This document shows, piece after piece, positions 55,458-64,000 of a stretch of DNA of 64,000 bases. The translations under genes and the position numbers were made by a program. This stretch comes from Candidatus Nanohaloarchaea archaeon. Lineage in GTDB: Archaea > Nanohalarchaeota > Nanosalinia > Nanosalinales > Nanosalinaceae. Position 1 is the first letter of the stretch. Every line of letters starts with the position of its first letter. Below the pieces are notes generated by a model. It was not told the origin of the DNA, did not search any database, and saw nothing but the letters and a program-made list of their open reading frames with translations. The DNA lies in the NCBI GenBank assembly GCA_041640035.1, contig JBEQBC010000003.1, positions 44,945-108,944 on the forward strand, read 5' to 3'.

Positions 55458-57047
55458 ATGAGCCGTTCAGTAGCATACTTTTCGATGGAGATAGGGATAA
55501 AACCAGAGATAAAAACCTTCAGCGGCGGACTAGGAGTTCTCGCAGGAGACACCTTGAAAGCTGCAGCAGACCATGACCTCGATTTCACTGCAGTCACACT
55601 CCTATACAGAAACGGATACTTCAAACAGGTAATAAAAGATAAACAGCAAGAAGAAAAACCTGAAGACTGGAACTACCAGGAAATACTCGAAGATACCGGA
55701 AAAACGGTCGAGCTCGAGATAAGAGGAAGAAATGTCGAAGTCAAGATCTGGGAATACACCTACGAAGGAGCAGACGGACAAGTCGAAATCTACTTCCTAG
55801 ATACCGGCTTGGACTCCAACCACGAAAAGGATAGAGAGCTTACATCACAGCTCTACATGGGCGGCCAGGAAACAAGGCTGGCACAGGAAGCAGTACTAGG
55901 TATCGGCGGAACCAGAGCACTAAATGAACTAGGTATCGAAATCGACTACTTCCACATGAACGAAGGACACTCATCACTTCTCACAACAGAGGCAGAAGGA
56001 GAGAAAGTATTCACCACTCATACACCTGTAGCAGCAGGACACGATACATTCAGCAGAGAACTGGTCGAGAAAGTTCTCCCACATTCCAAGATAGAGCAGA
56101 TGGACTTTGGAGACACGCTTAACATGACAGAACTGGCCTTGAAGCATTCAAGCTATACCAACGGTGTATCGGATAAACATGCTGAAGTATCAAGAGAGAT
56201 GTTCCCGGAATACGAGTTTGACGCAGTTACAAACGGTGTTCACTCCGCTACATGGACAGCAAAACCATACGAAAAACTATACGATGAAAATATTACGAAA
56301 TGGCGTATCGATCCTGCAAGACTGACCAAAGTCGCCGGTATATCCGACAGCGAAATCTGGCAGGCAAAGAAAAAGTGCAAAACAGAACTGAAACAGTTGA
56401 TCGAAAACGAACATGACACCGAGTTTGATACAGAAGTATTTACAATCGGTTTCGCCCGCCGAAGCACAGGTTACAAACGACCAACTCTTATTTTCAAGGA
56501 TGTCCAGCGGCTGGAGAATCTGGCGGATACATACAACGGTCTTCAGATAGTATTCGGAGGTAAAGCCCATCCGAACGATCAACAGGGTAAGGAGCTGATT
56601 AGCCAGGTACTGAAGTACTCTGAGATGCTTGAAAATGTCGATGTATACTTCATAGAAGATTACGGTATGGAGGAAGCATTGGAGATGCTTGCAGGATCAG
56701 ATCTATGGCTCAACAACCCGGTCAGAGGAAAGGAAGCTTCAGGTACTTCCGGTATGAAGGCAGCTCACAACGGCACACCTCAGCTATCCACACCGGATGG
56801 CTGGTGGCTTGAAGGCCATATCAACGATATCACCGGCTGGAATATCGGCGAGGACTATGTTGAGGGAGAAGATGAGGATAGGTTTGACAGTGTTTCACTG
56901 TACGAGGAACTTGCTCATATCCTGGCGATGTATCATAACGACAGGAAGCAGTGGATTGAAGTTATGAAGCACTCTATAACACTGAACGCGTCACATTTCA
57001 ACACTGACAGGATGCTGAAAGAGTACCTTGCCAAAGCCTATACATAG
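55458..57047 (+). CDS. glgP: Alpha-glucan (glycogen/maltodextrin) phosphorylase, short form
   Basis: YFSME, SGGLGVLAGD, MNEGH, FTTHTP, TNGVH, ARR..YKR, EASGTSGMK. Confidence 0.93.
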   Translation: MSRSVAYFSMEIGIKPEIKTFSGGLGVLAGDTLKAAADHDLDFTAVTLLYRNGYFKQVIKDKQQEEKPEDWNYQEILEDTGKTVELEIRGRNVEVKIWEYTYEGADGQVEIYFLDTGLDSNHEKDRELTSQLYMGGQETRLAQEAVLGIGGTRALNELGIEIDYFHMNEGHSSLLTTEAEGEKVFTTHTPVAAGHDTFSRELVEKVLPHSKIEQMDFGDTLNMTELALKHSSYTNGVSDKHAEVSREMFPEYEFDAVTNGVHSATWTAKPYEKLYDENITKWRIDPARLTKVAGISDSEIWQAKKKCKTELKQLIENEHDTEFDTEVFTIGFARRSTGYKRPTLIFKDVQRLENLADTYNGLQIVFGGKAHPNDQQGKELISQVLKYSEMLENVDVYFIEDYGMEEALEMLAGSDLWLNNPVRGKEASGTSGMKAAHNGTPQLSTPDGWWLEGHINDITGWNIGEDYVEGEDEDRFDSVSLYEELAHILAMYHNDRKQWIEVMKHSITLNASHFNTDRMLKEYLAKAYT

Positions 57048-57092
57048 AAAAATATAGATAAGAGAAGGGATTTTTCTCCCTTTAAAATTTTT

Positions 57093-58229
57093 TTAGAAGG
57101 TGTTGATTTCGTCGTTGAGGCATTTCTCGGTGATTGAGTCGATATTCTGAAGATGTCTTTCAACGATTTCCTCGAACTCTTCTTTCTCTGCCGGTGTCTC
57201 AACTTCAACCAGCTTAGGATCATCGATTGGTTCTCCGATCTGAGAGAGAAGCTTGACGCCTGCGTACTCCCCGGTCTCCTCATGGATGCTTTTCGCAATC
57301 TCACGAGCCAGAAGGTTATAGATCTTTCCGATATGAGTTACAGGATTCTTACCGGATGCTGCCTCCATACTCATGGAACGGTGAGGGGTTATCAATCCGT
57401 TTACACGGTTTCCTCTACCTACTGAGCCATCGTCACCCATCTCGGCTGAAGTACCGGTAACAGTGAGATAAACTTCCTCTTCATCAATATCGTCAGCTGT
57501 ATTCACATATATATCAGCTTCAAGGCCATGCTTGCTTACAACTTCCTCAGCGGTCTGTTCAACTTCATCCACATGTTCACGGTATTCTTCTACCGAGTCG
57601 ATTCTTGATGCGATCCCTGCTGCGGCTACGGTTACTGTCAGGGTGTCTTCTTCTCTTGATCCCATGACTTTGACATCTTCTCCACAGCTTTCCAGTTCTC
57701 TGACCTTCTCCTCGATCTTTTTTACAGCTTTTTCTGCTGGTGAGAGCGGTGCGTGTCCTACTCCGAAGCTTGTATCGTTGGAAAGTCTTCTATCTCTATC
57801 ATAGACTGCTTCCAAGTCAGTGGATGTCTCTCCGATCCTTGATTCGAACTCTATCTGTGAGGTATCCAGCTCCTTGAAGTTCTCGCTTATGTACTCTTTT
57901 GCTGCGTTCAAGGCGATCTTGTCTACAGGTATTTCCTCGCCGTTGAACTCTTTGGTAGCTCTACCGGTTAGAAGTATGTATATTGGTTCGATGACTTCTC
58001 CTGATCCAAAGCCAGGATTGGATTCTCCTGCTACGAGCTGTACCTCGTCGGTGTTGTGGTGGAGAATGTGGCCGAACCTGTCGCGGTATTCTCTTGATAG
58101 TTCTCTAGATACCTTTTCAGCGATCCCGTCTGAGATGCTGTCAGGGTGTCCGATGCCTTTACGCTCTACGAGTTCGGTTTTTCTCTGCTTTACAGGGTCT
58201 TTATCTACTTCGTGCCGTGAAATATTCAT
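57093..58229 (-). CDS. mat: S-adenosylmethionine synthetase, archaeal type
   Basis: ELVERKGIGHPD, HHNTD, NDTS, GEDVKVMG, GRGNR, GKNPVTHIGK. Confidence 0.96.
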   Translation of the reverse strand: MNISRHEVDKDPVKQRKTELVERKGIGHPDSISDGIAEKVSRELSREYRDRFGHILHHNTDEVQLVAGESNPGFGSGEVIEPIYILLTGRATKEFNGEEIPVDKIALNAAKEYISENFKELDTSQIEFESRIGETSTDLEAVYDRDRRLSNDTSFGVGHAPLSPAEKAVKKIEEKVRELESCGEDVKVMGSREEDTLTVTVAAAGIASRIDSVEEYREHVDEVEQTAEEVVSKHGLEADIYVNTADDIDEEEVYLTVTGTSAEMGDDGSVGRGNRVNGLITPHRSMSMEAASGKNPVTHIGKIYNLLAREIAKSIHEETGEYAGVKLLSQIGEPIDDPKLVEVETPAEKEEFEEIVERHLQNIDSITEKCLNDEINTF

Positions 58230-58340
58230 ATTCAGTCTATTACACCTTTTATCTAAAAAAGCCTCTCATACCGGTACAGATTCTGTGTAAATCAGTGGAT
58301 TTTAAGTCTAGGAGAAACCAAGTATTTGGTGAACTGTATC

Positions 58341-59105
58341 ATGTCTGATCAAGAGTTGCCGGATCCAGAGGAACTAGTAGAAGGAACAGTGAAAGAGGTC
58401 AAATCTCAGCTGAAAGACGCAGAGGATCCGGACTACCAAGAAATTCTGGAAGCAGAAAAACAGAATAAGGACCGAGTAACACTGAAACGCTTCTTAGAAA
58501 AACATATCGACTCCCAAGAAGATTCTGAAAACTCTGAAACAGAAGAGGAAGACGACAGCGAAGAAGAATCAGATAAAAAAGAACAGAAAGACGAAGAAGA
58601 AACAACTTCTGAAGATGAAGACGAGTCAGAGAAGGAATCTGAAGAAGATTCAGAACCAGACGAACAACATGAAGAGGATGAATCCGAAGAAAAAGAAGAA
58701 GACGCGGATGAGGATTCGGATAGCTCAAGTTCGTCAGCAGGCAAAGGAAAAGAACAGAAACTGAACGAGGTACTGGATGACCTGCATGAGGTGCAAAGTG
58801 TTAGAGGTGCTGCAGTCGTCCGTAGAGATGGACTTCTTATTGCTTCCAACTTCAGTCAGACCTTCGATGAGAACCAGGTCGGCGCGATGACCGCGTCCAC
58901 CGTAGGTTCCGGAGAGACAGCCAGCAACGCACTCAACATGGGAGAGGTGAACGAAGTAACCATCGAATCACAGGATGGAAAACTGATTTCAACAGGAGCC
59001 GGAGAGGAAGGTGTACTCGCCGTTATGACCGACGCAGATGTCAACATGGGACTGATCAAGGTCGAAATGGAGAACGCTACCGAAAAGATAAAACGAGTTA
59101 TTTGA
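58341..59105 (+). CDS. Roadblock/LC7-domain protein with helical N-domain and very acidic linker
   Basis: VRGAAVVRRDGLLIAS, GAMTA, NMGLI C-terminal domain; E/D/S-rich middle. Confidence 0.88.
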   Translation: MSDQELPDPEELVEGTVKEVKSQLKDAEDPDYQEILEAEKQNKDRVTLKRFLEKHIDSQEDSENSETEEEDDSEEESDKKEQKDEEETTSEDEDESEKESEEDSEPDEQHEEDESEEKEEDADEDSDSSSSSAGKGKEQKLNEVLDDLHEVQSVRGAAVVRRDGLLIASNFSQTFDENQVGAMTASTVGSGETASNALNMGEVNEVTIESQDGKLISTGAGEEGVLAVMTDADVNMGLIKVEMENATEKIKRVI

Positions 59106-59117
59106 TTACTTCTGAAT

Positions 59118-60098
59118 TCAAGGAGTTTCTTTCTTGATTCTCTCTACGATGTTGTTTCTCATTTCAGAATGTTCCTCCTGATTAAACTTAGAGCCCCAGT
59201 TGGCGAACCCTGCGGCCAGCCATGCGGTTGTAGCGTACCTGTAAATCTGTTTTCTCTCCTCAAAATCTTCTGCAATAGTATTGTTCTGTTTGTATCCCTC
59301 ATACAGACTTTTCCTAAAAGATTCTTTTGCTTCGACATCCTTGAAATCTAAATCCCAGTCTATCAAAAGGTACTCTGCTCTCACCAGATCATATTCGCTA
59401 TGACCGGTCCTTGGATGACTCCAGTCAAGAAATCCTGTTATTTCATTTCCCTTAATCAACAGGTTATCAAGCCGTTTATCTGAGTGAATAAGAACAGGTC
59501 TGGGTTCTGCAGGTATATTCTCTCTTATTTTTCTCTCAGGTATCTTTAGTTCGACAGGATCCTCCCATTTATCCTGAACTATATCTGACCATGATTCGAT
59601 AGCGCCTTGGATTGACCAAGTCCATCTATCCGCGCTCTCAGTGGTATTCAAGCCCTCTTTCTTGCCTGAAAGAAAGCCATAATCGTCAAATTCAGGAGAA
59701 AAATCGTATATATTCCCTAGAATTTTTCCATACTGGTAGAGAATATTATTTAGTTTTTCATCAGAAATCTCTTTCTTCTTTTTGTCAGGATTTTCTCCCG
59801 GCATTTTCTCCAATATGTAGAAGAAGTCGTCAATCTTATCTTCTGAGAAATCTCTGTAAATTACCTCTGGAGAAGGTAAATCTGTGTTTTCAGCTAATAA
59901 ATCATATATTTTGGGTTCTGCTGTAAACCACTCTATCTTGTTCTCTTCATTAGTATGTACCTTGATTATAAAGCTCTTATCATCTGCTTCAAGCCTGTAA
60001 ATAGTATTCAAACCCTCATCCACTGGAATCCATTCAAGATCCTGATCAAACTCGTTCTTGACTATATCTTTCAGACATTCCAGTTCCGAATCATCCAT
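59118..60098 (-). CDS. APH-family phosphotransferase
   Basis: GLNTIY, IIKV, LIHSDKRLDNLL, FLDW. Confidence 0.85.
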   Translation of the reverse strand: MDDSELECLKDIVKNEFDQDLEWIPVDEGLNTIYRLEADDKSFIIKVHTNEENKIEWFTAEPKIYDLLAENTDLPSPEVIYRDFSEDKIDDFFYILEKMPGENPDKKKKEISDEKLNNILYQYGKILGNIYDFSPEFDDYGFLSGKKEGLNTTESADRWTWSIQGAIESWSDIVQDKWEDPVELKIPERKIRENIPAEPRPVLIHSDKRLDNLLIKGNEITGFLDWSHPRTGHSEYDLVRAEYLLIDWDLDFKDVEAKESFRKSLYEGYKQNNTIAEDFEERKQIYRYATTAWLAAGFANWGSKFNQEEHSEMRNNIVERIKKETP

Positions 60099-60146
60099 GT
60101 AGTATCCTTGAAAGACCGGGAATAAAAATTTGTCAAAATTTCAGAG

Positions 60147-60276
60147 TGGACTCTCCGGGATTTGAACCCGGGGCCTCCTGCTATTCCGCATTCGAAAAAC
60201 TGGTTTTTTCTCTGACTCACTCTACTATGAGTAAGTGTTGCGAAGCAGGCGTTCCGCCAAGCTGAACTAAGAGCCC
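60147..60276 (-). tRNA. tRNA-Ala(CGC) with 56-nt intron at 37/38 (60183-60238)
   Basis: Acceptor GGGCTCT/AGAGTCC with G3:U70; CCTGC-TTCGCA|...|A-GCAGG; BHB helix TTCG/CGGA. Confidence 0.92.
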
Positions 60277-60281
60277 GAGTA

Positions 60282-60364
60282 TGCGGAGGGCAGGATTCGA
60301 ACCTGCGAACTCCTAAGAGACAGCGCCCTGAACGCTGCGCCTTTGACCACTCGGCAACCTCCGC
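60282..60364 (-). tRNA. tRNA-Leu(CAG)
   Basis: GCGGAGG/CCTCCGC acceptor, CAGCG-TTCAGGG-CGCTG, long variable arm; 5 nt upstream of tRNA-Ala. Confidence 0.96.
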
Positions 60365-60434
60365 AGGCTTCAACTGGTACTTTGAAAACAATATTTTTTC
60401 AATAAGGTGGATAGGAAGTGTACCAGAAACTGTC

Positions 60435-61202
60435 ATGACAGATTATCAAAAAATACAGGACGAGATAACAGATTTTCTAAACGAAAAACTCAGTGAATCA
60501 GGTCAGAACGGGTTTATTGTGGGAGTAAGCGGTGGAATAGACTCGGCAGTAACCCTGAAACTTGCAGTTGAGACAGTCGGTGCAGAGAATGTAACAGCTC
60601 TCATCACACCTGGCGCATCCAGCAAAGAAGAGAACATGAGTGACGCAGAACAACTGGTCGAAAACCTAGGTGTTGAATACTACAGAATCGATATACAGCC
60701 GGCAGTAGAAGCCATAGAGAAACAGGTTCCGCATGAAATCGACAGTGTTTCCCGAGGAAATATCAGAGCCCGTACAAGGATGATCTACGAGTACCTTGAA
60801 GCAAATGAAGAAGATAAGATAGTACTGGGTACAGGTAACCGTTCAGAACTCCTTCTCGGGTACTTCACGAAGCATGGTGATGGCGCAGCGGATCTTCTGC
60901 CGGTAGCTGACTTGTACAAAACACAGGTACGGGAACTAGCCAAGCATCTCGGCCTCGACAGGAATTTCATAGAGAAAAAACCTACAGCAGGACTATGGGA
61001 CGGACAGACAGATGAAGACGAACTTGGTGCATCCTACAGCACTATTGATCCGATACTGAGAAAACTGGTCGATGAGGGAAGAACTGTAGAGAAGACAGTT
61101 GAAGAGCTTGAAGCAGATCTTGAAACAGTGAAGCGGCTGGATTCAATGTATGAAGGCTCTCATCACAAGAGGGAGATGCCTACATCCCCTGAATTAAGAT
61201 AA
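60435..61202 (+). CDS. nadE: NH3-dependent NAD+ synthetase
   Basis: GVSGGIDSAV, NIRARTRM, GTGNRSE, GYFTKHGDG, PTAGL, QTDE. Confidence 0.96.
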   Translation: MTDYQKIQDEITDFLNEKLSESGQNGFIVGVSGGIDSAVTLKLAVETVGAENVTALITPGASSKEENMSDAEQLVENLGVEYYRIDIQPAVEAIEKQVPHEIDSVSRGNIRARTRMIYEYLEANEEDKIVLGTGNRSELLLGYFTKHGDGAADLLPVADLYKTQVRELAKHLGLDRNFIEKKPTAGLWDGQTDEDELGASYSTIDPILRKLVDEGRTVEKTVEELEADLETVKRLDSMYEGSHHKREMPTSPELR

Positions 61203-61213
61203 CAATTATTTTA

Positions 61214-61329
61214 CGGACCTGAAGGGATTTGAACCCTCGACATCTCGGCATCTCCAACCTTGGACGCACCATTGTTTACCTTTCCCGGTTCTAGGAACCG
61301 AGTGCTCTTTCCAGCTGAGCTACAGGCCC
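61214..61329 (-). tRNA. tRNA-Arg(CCT) with 42-nt intron at 37/38 (61250-61291)
   Basis: GGGCCTG/CAGGTCC acceptor; CTCGG-TTCCTA|...|G-CCGAG; BHB with TTCC/GGAG and AACC/GGTT helices. Confidence 0.92.
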
Positions 61330-61396
61330 GAAAGACTAGGTAATCACTTATCGGCCAACATTATAATAAGCTTAGAGGTAGAAATACTGGTTCTGT

Positions 61397-62056
61397 ATGA
61401 GAGATGGTTTTGAAGGTGTAAATGTACTCGGCCAGAGAAGAGAAAAAGAAATACTGGAAGAACAGGAAGAAAGACTTCTTACAAGAGCTGAAAGACGGGG
61501 TCTCGACCTACTGGATGAGAGAAGCCGTGGATTCGAGCTCCTGGATCAGCCAGTCAACATGGAAGATGAAGAAGATGTCGAAAAGTATCTTGACGGAGCG
61601 AAAGAACTCCGGACAGCTGAACTAGTTCTCAGAGGAGAAGATGGACGGACTGAAAGACCAAGACAGCTCAGAGAAGACATCCCAATACACTTAAAATTCG
61701 ATAACGACAGATTCATCCAGCTCTACGATCAAGCCACGGAAGAACTGGATATAGGCTCTGCAGCATTCAGCTTTGTAGGATACGGTGATTCCGCAGTAGA
61801 AGCATACGGTGAGGCTGCACCAGCCATGGCTTTCAGACTAGAAGGAGATGAACAAACCGGTTTCACAGCCAGTTACAGAGATGGTCAAACCGTTGTAGAA
61901 GCAATCAAGGCCGATGATAAGAAAGATTTCAGAGAAATATATGATACACTTCGGAATACGGATGCGGTTTACCGTGGAGCAGTACTTGAGGGAGAAGACG
62001 AAGGCGAATGGATTGTCTCCGACTACGGAGCAGAAGATCTCTCAGAGGTAAGATAA
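61397..62056 (+). CDS. Hypothetical acidic protein
   Basis: 219-aa ORF with native composition; TTATAA about 30 nt upstream. Confidence 0.65.
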   Translation: MRDGFEGVNVLGQRREKEILEEQEERLLTRAERRGLDLLDERSRGFELLDQPVNMEDEEDVEKYLDGAKELRTAELVLRGEDGRTERPRQLREDIPIHLKFDNDRFIQLYDQATEELDIGSAAFSFVGYGDSAVEAYGEAAPAMAFRLEGDEQTGFTASYRDGQTVVEAIKADDKKDFREIYDTLRNTDAVYRGAVLEGEDEGEWIVSDYGAEDLSEVR

Positions 62057-62060
62057 GCAA

Positions 62061-62300
62061 TCATTCATCGTCTTTGAATTCGTCATCGATGACATCTTCA
62101 ATCTGATATGTTTTCTGGCACTGAGGGTATCCTTCACATCCCCAGAAGAATCCGTACCGTCCTTCCTTGATCTTCATAGGCATACCGCATTCCGGACAGG
62201 CAACATCCTTCGGATCTTTCTTCCTATGCTTACTGCATACCGGCTGTCCTTCCTGGTTCTTGGTGGTAGCGCTCTCTCCACAGAAAACGCATTTTGTCAT
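62061..62300 (-). CDS. Small zinc-ribbon protein (topoisomerase C4-type finger)
   Basis: CVFC..CSKH then CPECG.PM..GRYGFFWGCEGYPQC. Confidence 0.82.
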   Translation of the reverse strand: MTKCVFCGESATTKNQEGQPVCSKHRKKDPKDVACPECGMPMKIKEGRYGFFWGCEGYPQCQKTYQIEDVIDDEFKDDE

Positions 62301-62413
62301 CTTGGTTTCTTTAGGCATAAACAAGTGAACCGTGAGGAACCTTTTTTACTCATTACTTCCCTCGAGGTGTTCGGTCGGAAGATTTAACCTCTGGAACTTC
62401 AATAATGTACTCT

Positions 62414-63031
62414 ATGAACATACTGATCTTCGGGGACAGCATAGCAAGAGGGCTGTGGGATGAAGAAGGAGGCTGGCCACACCACCTCAAGAAAAAAGTA
62501 CATGGGAAAACAGTCGACAGAGAGGAGTACAGAGAAGTATACAACCTCGGTGTCTCCGGAGAAACTTCCTTCGATCTAATCAACCGTTTTGAGGACGAAC
62601 TGCAGAGAAGAGTATCCGAAGATCCGGTTATAACAGTTTTCCAGGTAGGAATGAATGACTCACAGGTAGAAATTGACTCAGGTGAACATGTAACCTCGAA
62701 GGAAATATTCAGAGGGAATATCCGTGAACTGGTCTCTAAATCAAGCCGTTACTCCAAACAGACATACTTTATAGGTCTCACACCGGTGAACGAAAGAGAG
62801 GTCGATCCGATGCCCTGGAAGGAAACACATGCGTACAGAAACGAGGACATCAGGAAATACGATAATGTGATATCTTCTATCGTCAAGAGATCATCTGCCC
62901 GGTACATACCGCTTTTCGACCAGTTAAGAGATGATAGCTGGAATGAAATGCTGTGGGATGGGGTACATCCCGATACAGATGGCCACAGAAAGATTTATAG
63001 GATACTGAAGGATGAGTTAAGGTTTATCTAG
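62414..63031 (+). CDS. SGNH/GDSL hydrolase
   Basis: FGDSI, NLGVSG, GMND, DGVHP. Confidence 0.92.
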   Translation: MNILIFGDSIARGLWDEEGGWPHHLKKKVHGKTVDREEYREVYNLGVSGETSFDLINRFEDELQRRVSEDPVITVFQVGMNDSQVEIDSGEHVTSKEIFRGNIRELVSKSSRYSKQTYFIGLTPVNEREVDPMPWKETHAYRNEDIRKYDNVISSIVKRSSARYIPLFDQLRDDSWNEMLWDGVHPDTDGHRKIYRILKDELRFI

Positions 63032-63953
63032 TTCTCTTCCGATTTTTTTGCTTCACATATTCTGATGCGTTAAGTGCTGCGTCGCAGCCCTGTCCTGCGG
63101 AGACAACTAGTTGCTGTGCGCCCATGTCGTTTACATCGCCGGCTGCGTATAGTCCTTCTACTCCTGTGTTCATCTCGCGGTCGACCTTGATTTTTCCTGA
63201 GTCATCCTTTTCTACTAGGTCTGTTATATCGGAGTTAGGTACTGTTCCGATTTCGATGAAGGCGCCTGGTACTTCTAGTTCTTCGACTTCGTCCTTGTGT
63301 GCGTACCGTACTGTTTCGAGGAGTTGGTCTCCTTCGAAGCTTTCTACTTCGGCCTCTTTCAGGACTTCGACATTTTCATCATTTTCTACTTTGTTGATGG
63401 TGATTTCTTCTCCTGTGAGGTTGCCTGAGCGGCTGAGCAGGTATACATGTTCGGCTACATCTGATAGGTAGTCTGCTGCTTCTGTTCCTGCGTATCCTCC
63501 TCCGATAACTGCTACTTCGTCTCCCTGGTACAGGGGTCCGTCACATACTGCGCAGTATGCTACTCCTTTGTTCCGGTATTCTTCCTCTCCTTCTACATTC
63601 AGCCGTCTTCGGGATCCGCCCGTTGCTATAATTACTCCATGTGATTGGAATTCGTCTCCTGACTCTGTCTCAACTGTGAATATATCATCGTCTTTTCTGA
63701 CATCTACTGCTTTTTCTCCGTGTTGTTCGTCTACTTCGTATTCTCTCATGTGTTCAGTGAATTTTTCTGCCAGGTCCGGCCCTGAGATGGACTTGGTTCC
63801 AAGCCAGTTCTCAACTACATCGGTGTTGTTGATCTGTCCTCCGTATTCGTCGGCTATCACCAGTACATCCATGCCTGCTCTCTTTGCATAGATTGCTGCT
63901 GACTGTGCTGCTGATGCTCCGCCGATGATTATTATGTCACGAACCTTGCTCAT
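63024..63953 (-). CDS. trxB: Thioredoxin reductase family flavoprotein
   Basis: GGQI, IATG, YCAVCDG, IGGG, AAGD. Confidence 0.92.
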   Translation of the reverse strand: MSKVRDIIIIGGASAAQSAAIYAKRAGMDVLVIADEYGGQINNTDVVENWLGTKSISGPDLAEKFTEHMREYEVDEQHGEKAVDVRKDDDIFTVETESGDEFQSHGVIIATGGSRRRLNVEGEEEYRNKGVAYCAVCDGPLYQGDEVAVIGGGYAGTEAADYLSDVAEHVYLLSRSGNLTGEEITINKVENDENVEVLKEAEVESFEGDQLLETVRYAHKDEVEELEVPGAFIEIGTVPNSDITDLVEKDDSGKIKVDREMNTGVEGLYAAGDVNDMGAQQLVVSAGQGCDAALNASEYVKQKNRKRTR

Positions 63954-64000
63954 ATAGAGTAATCTTTGAGGGTCAAGATTAAAACATGCTAGATTACCCG

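Noticed and set aside
55276-61329. Integrated element bounded by tRNA genes
   Set aside because: No integrase, no duplicated tRNA 3' end, and the enclosed genes are mostly housekeeping.

Overview
Compact, gene-dense archaeal chromosome segment with moderate GC, a strongly acidic (Asp/Glu-rich) proteome, TATA-box promoters, many apparently leaderless genes and tRNAs without encoded CCA. This fits a nanohaloarchaeon (DPANN, Nanohaloarchaeota); the assignment is inferred. Most of the window is housekeeping: lhr, dcd, tatD, aRF1, valS, metG, rps17e, alaX, ABCE1, nusA-like, ftsZ, gatCAB, pyk, glgP, SAM synthetase, nadE, trxB and four tRNAs, two with BHB introns. No CRISPR array, transposase or integrase was seen. 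Main unusual observations: (1) an array of hairpins upstream of ftsZ with different stems but the same GGGCA/UGCCC loop, plus a long hairpin with a C-rich loop just downstream of ftsZ; (2) two paralogous surface proteins sharing a stalk and anchor but carrying different heads, including a circularly permuted EPN-type C-type lectin and an ALK/LTK-like glycine-rich domain, with passenger domains inserted at the same loop of a repeat; (3) an ABCE1 with no cysteines in its Fe-S domain; (4) metG with no canonical start before its HIGH motif and a probable AUU start; (5) a Nudix-Nudix-nuclease-nuclease cluster; (6) apparent strong avoidance of ACGT. All calls are by eye from motifs; no database searches or folding programs were run.
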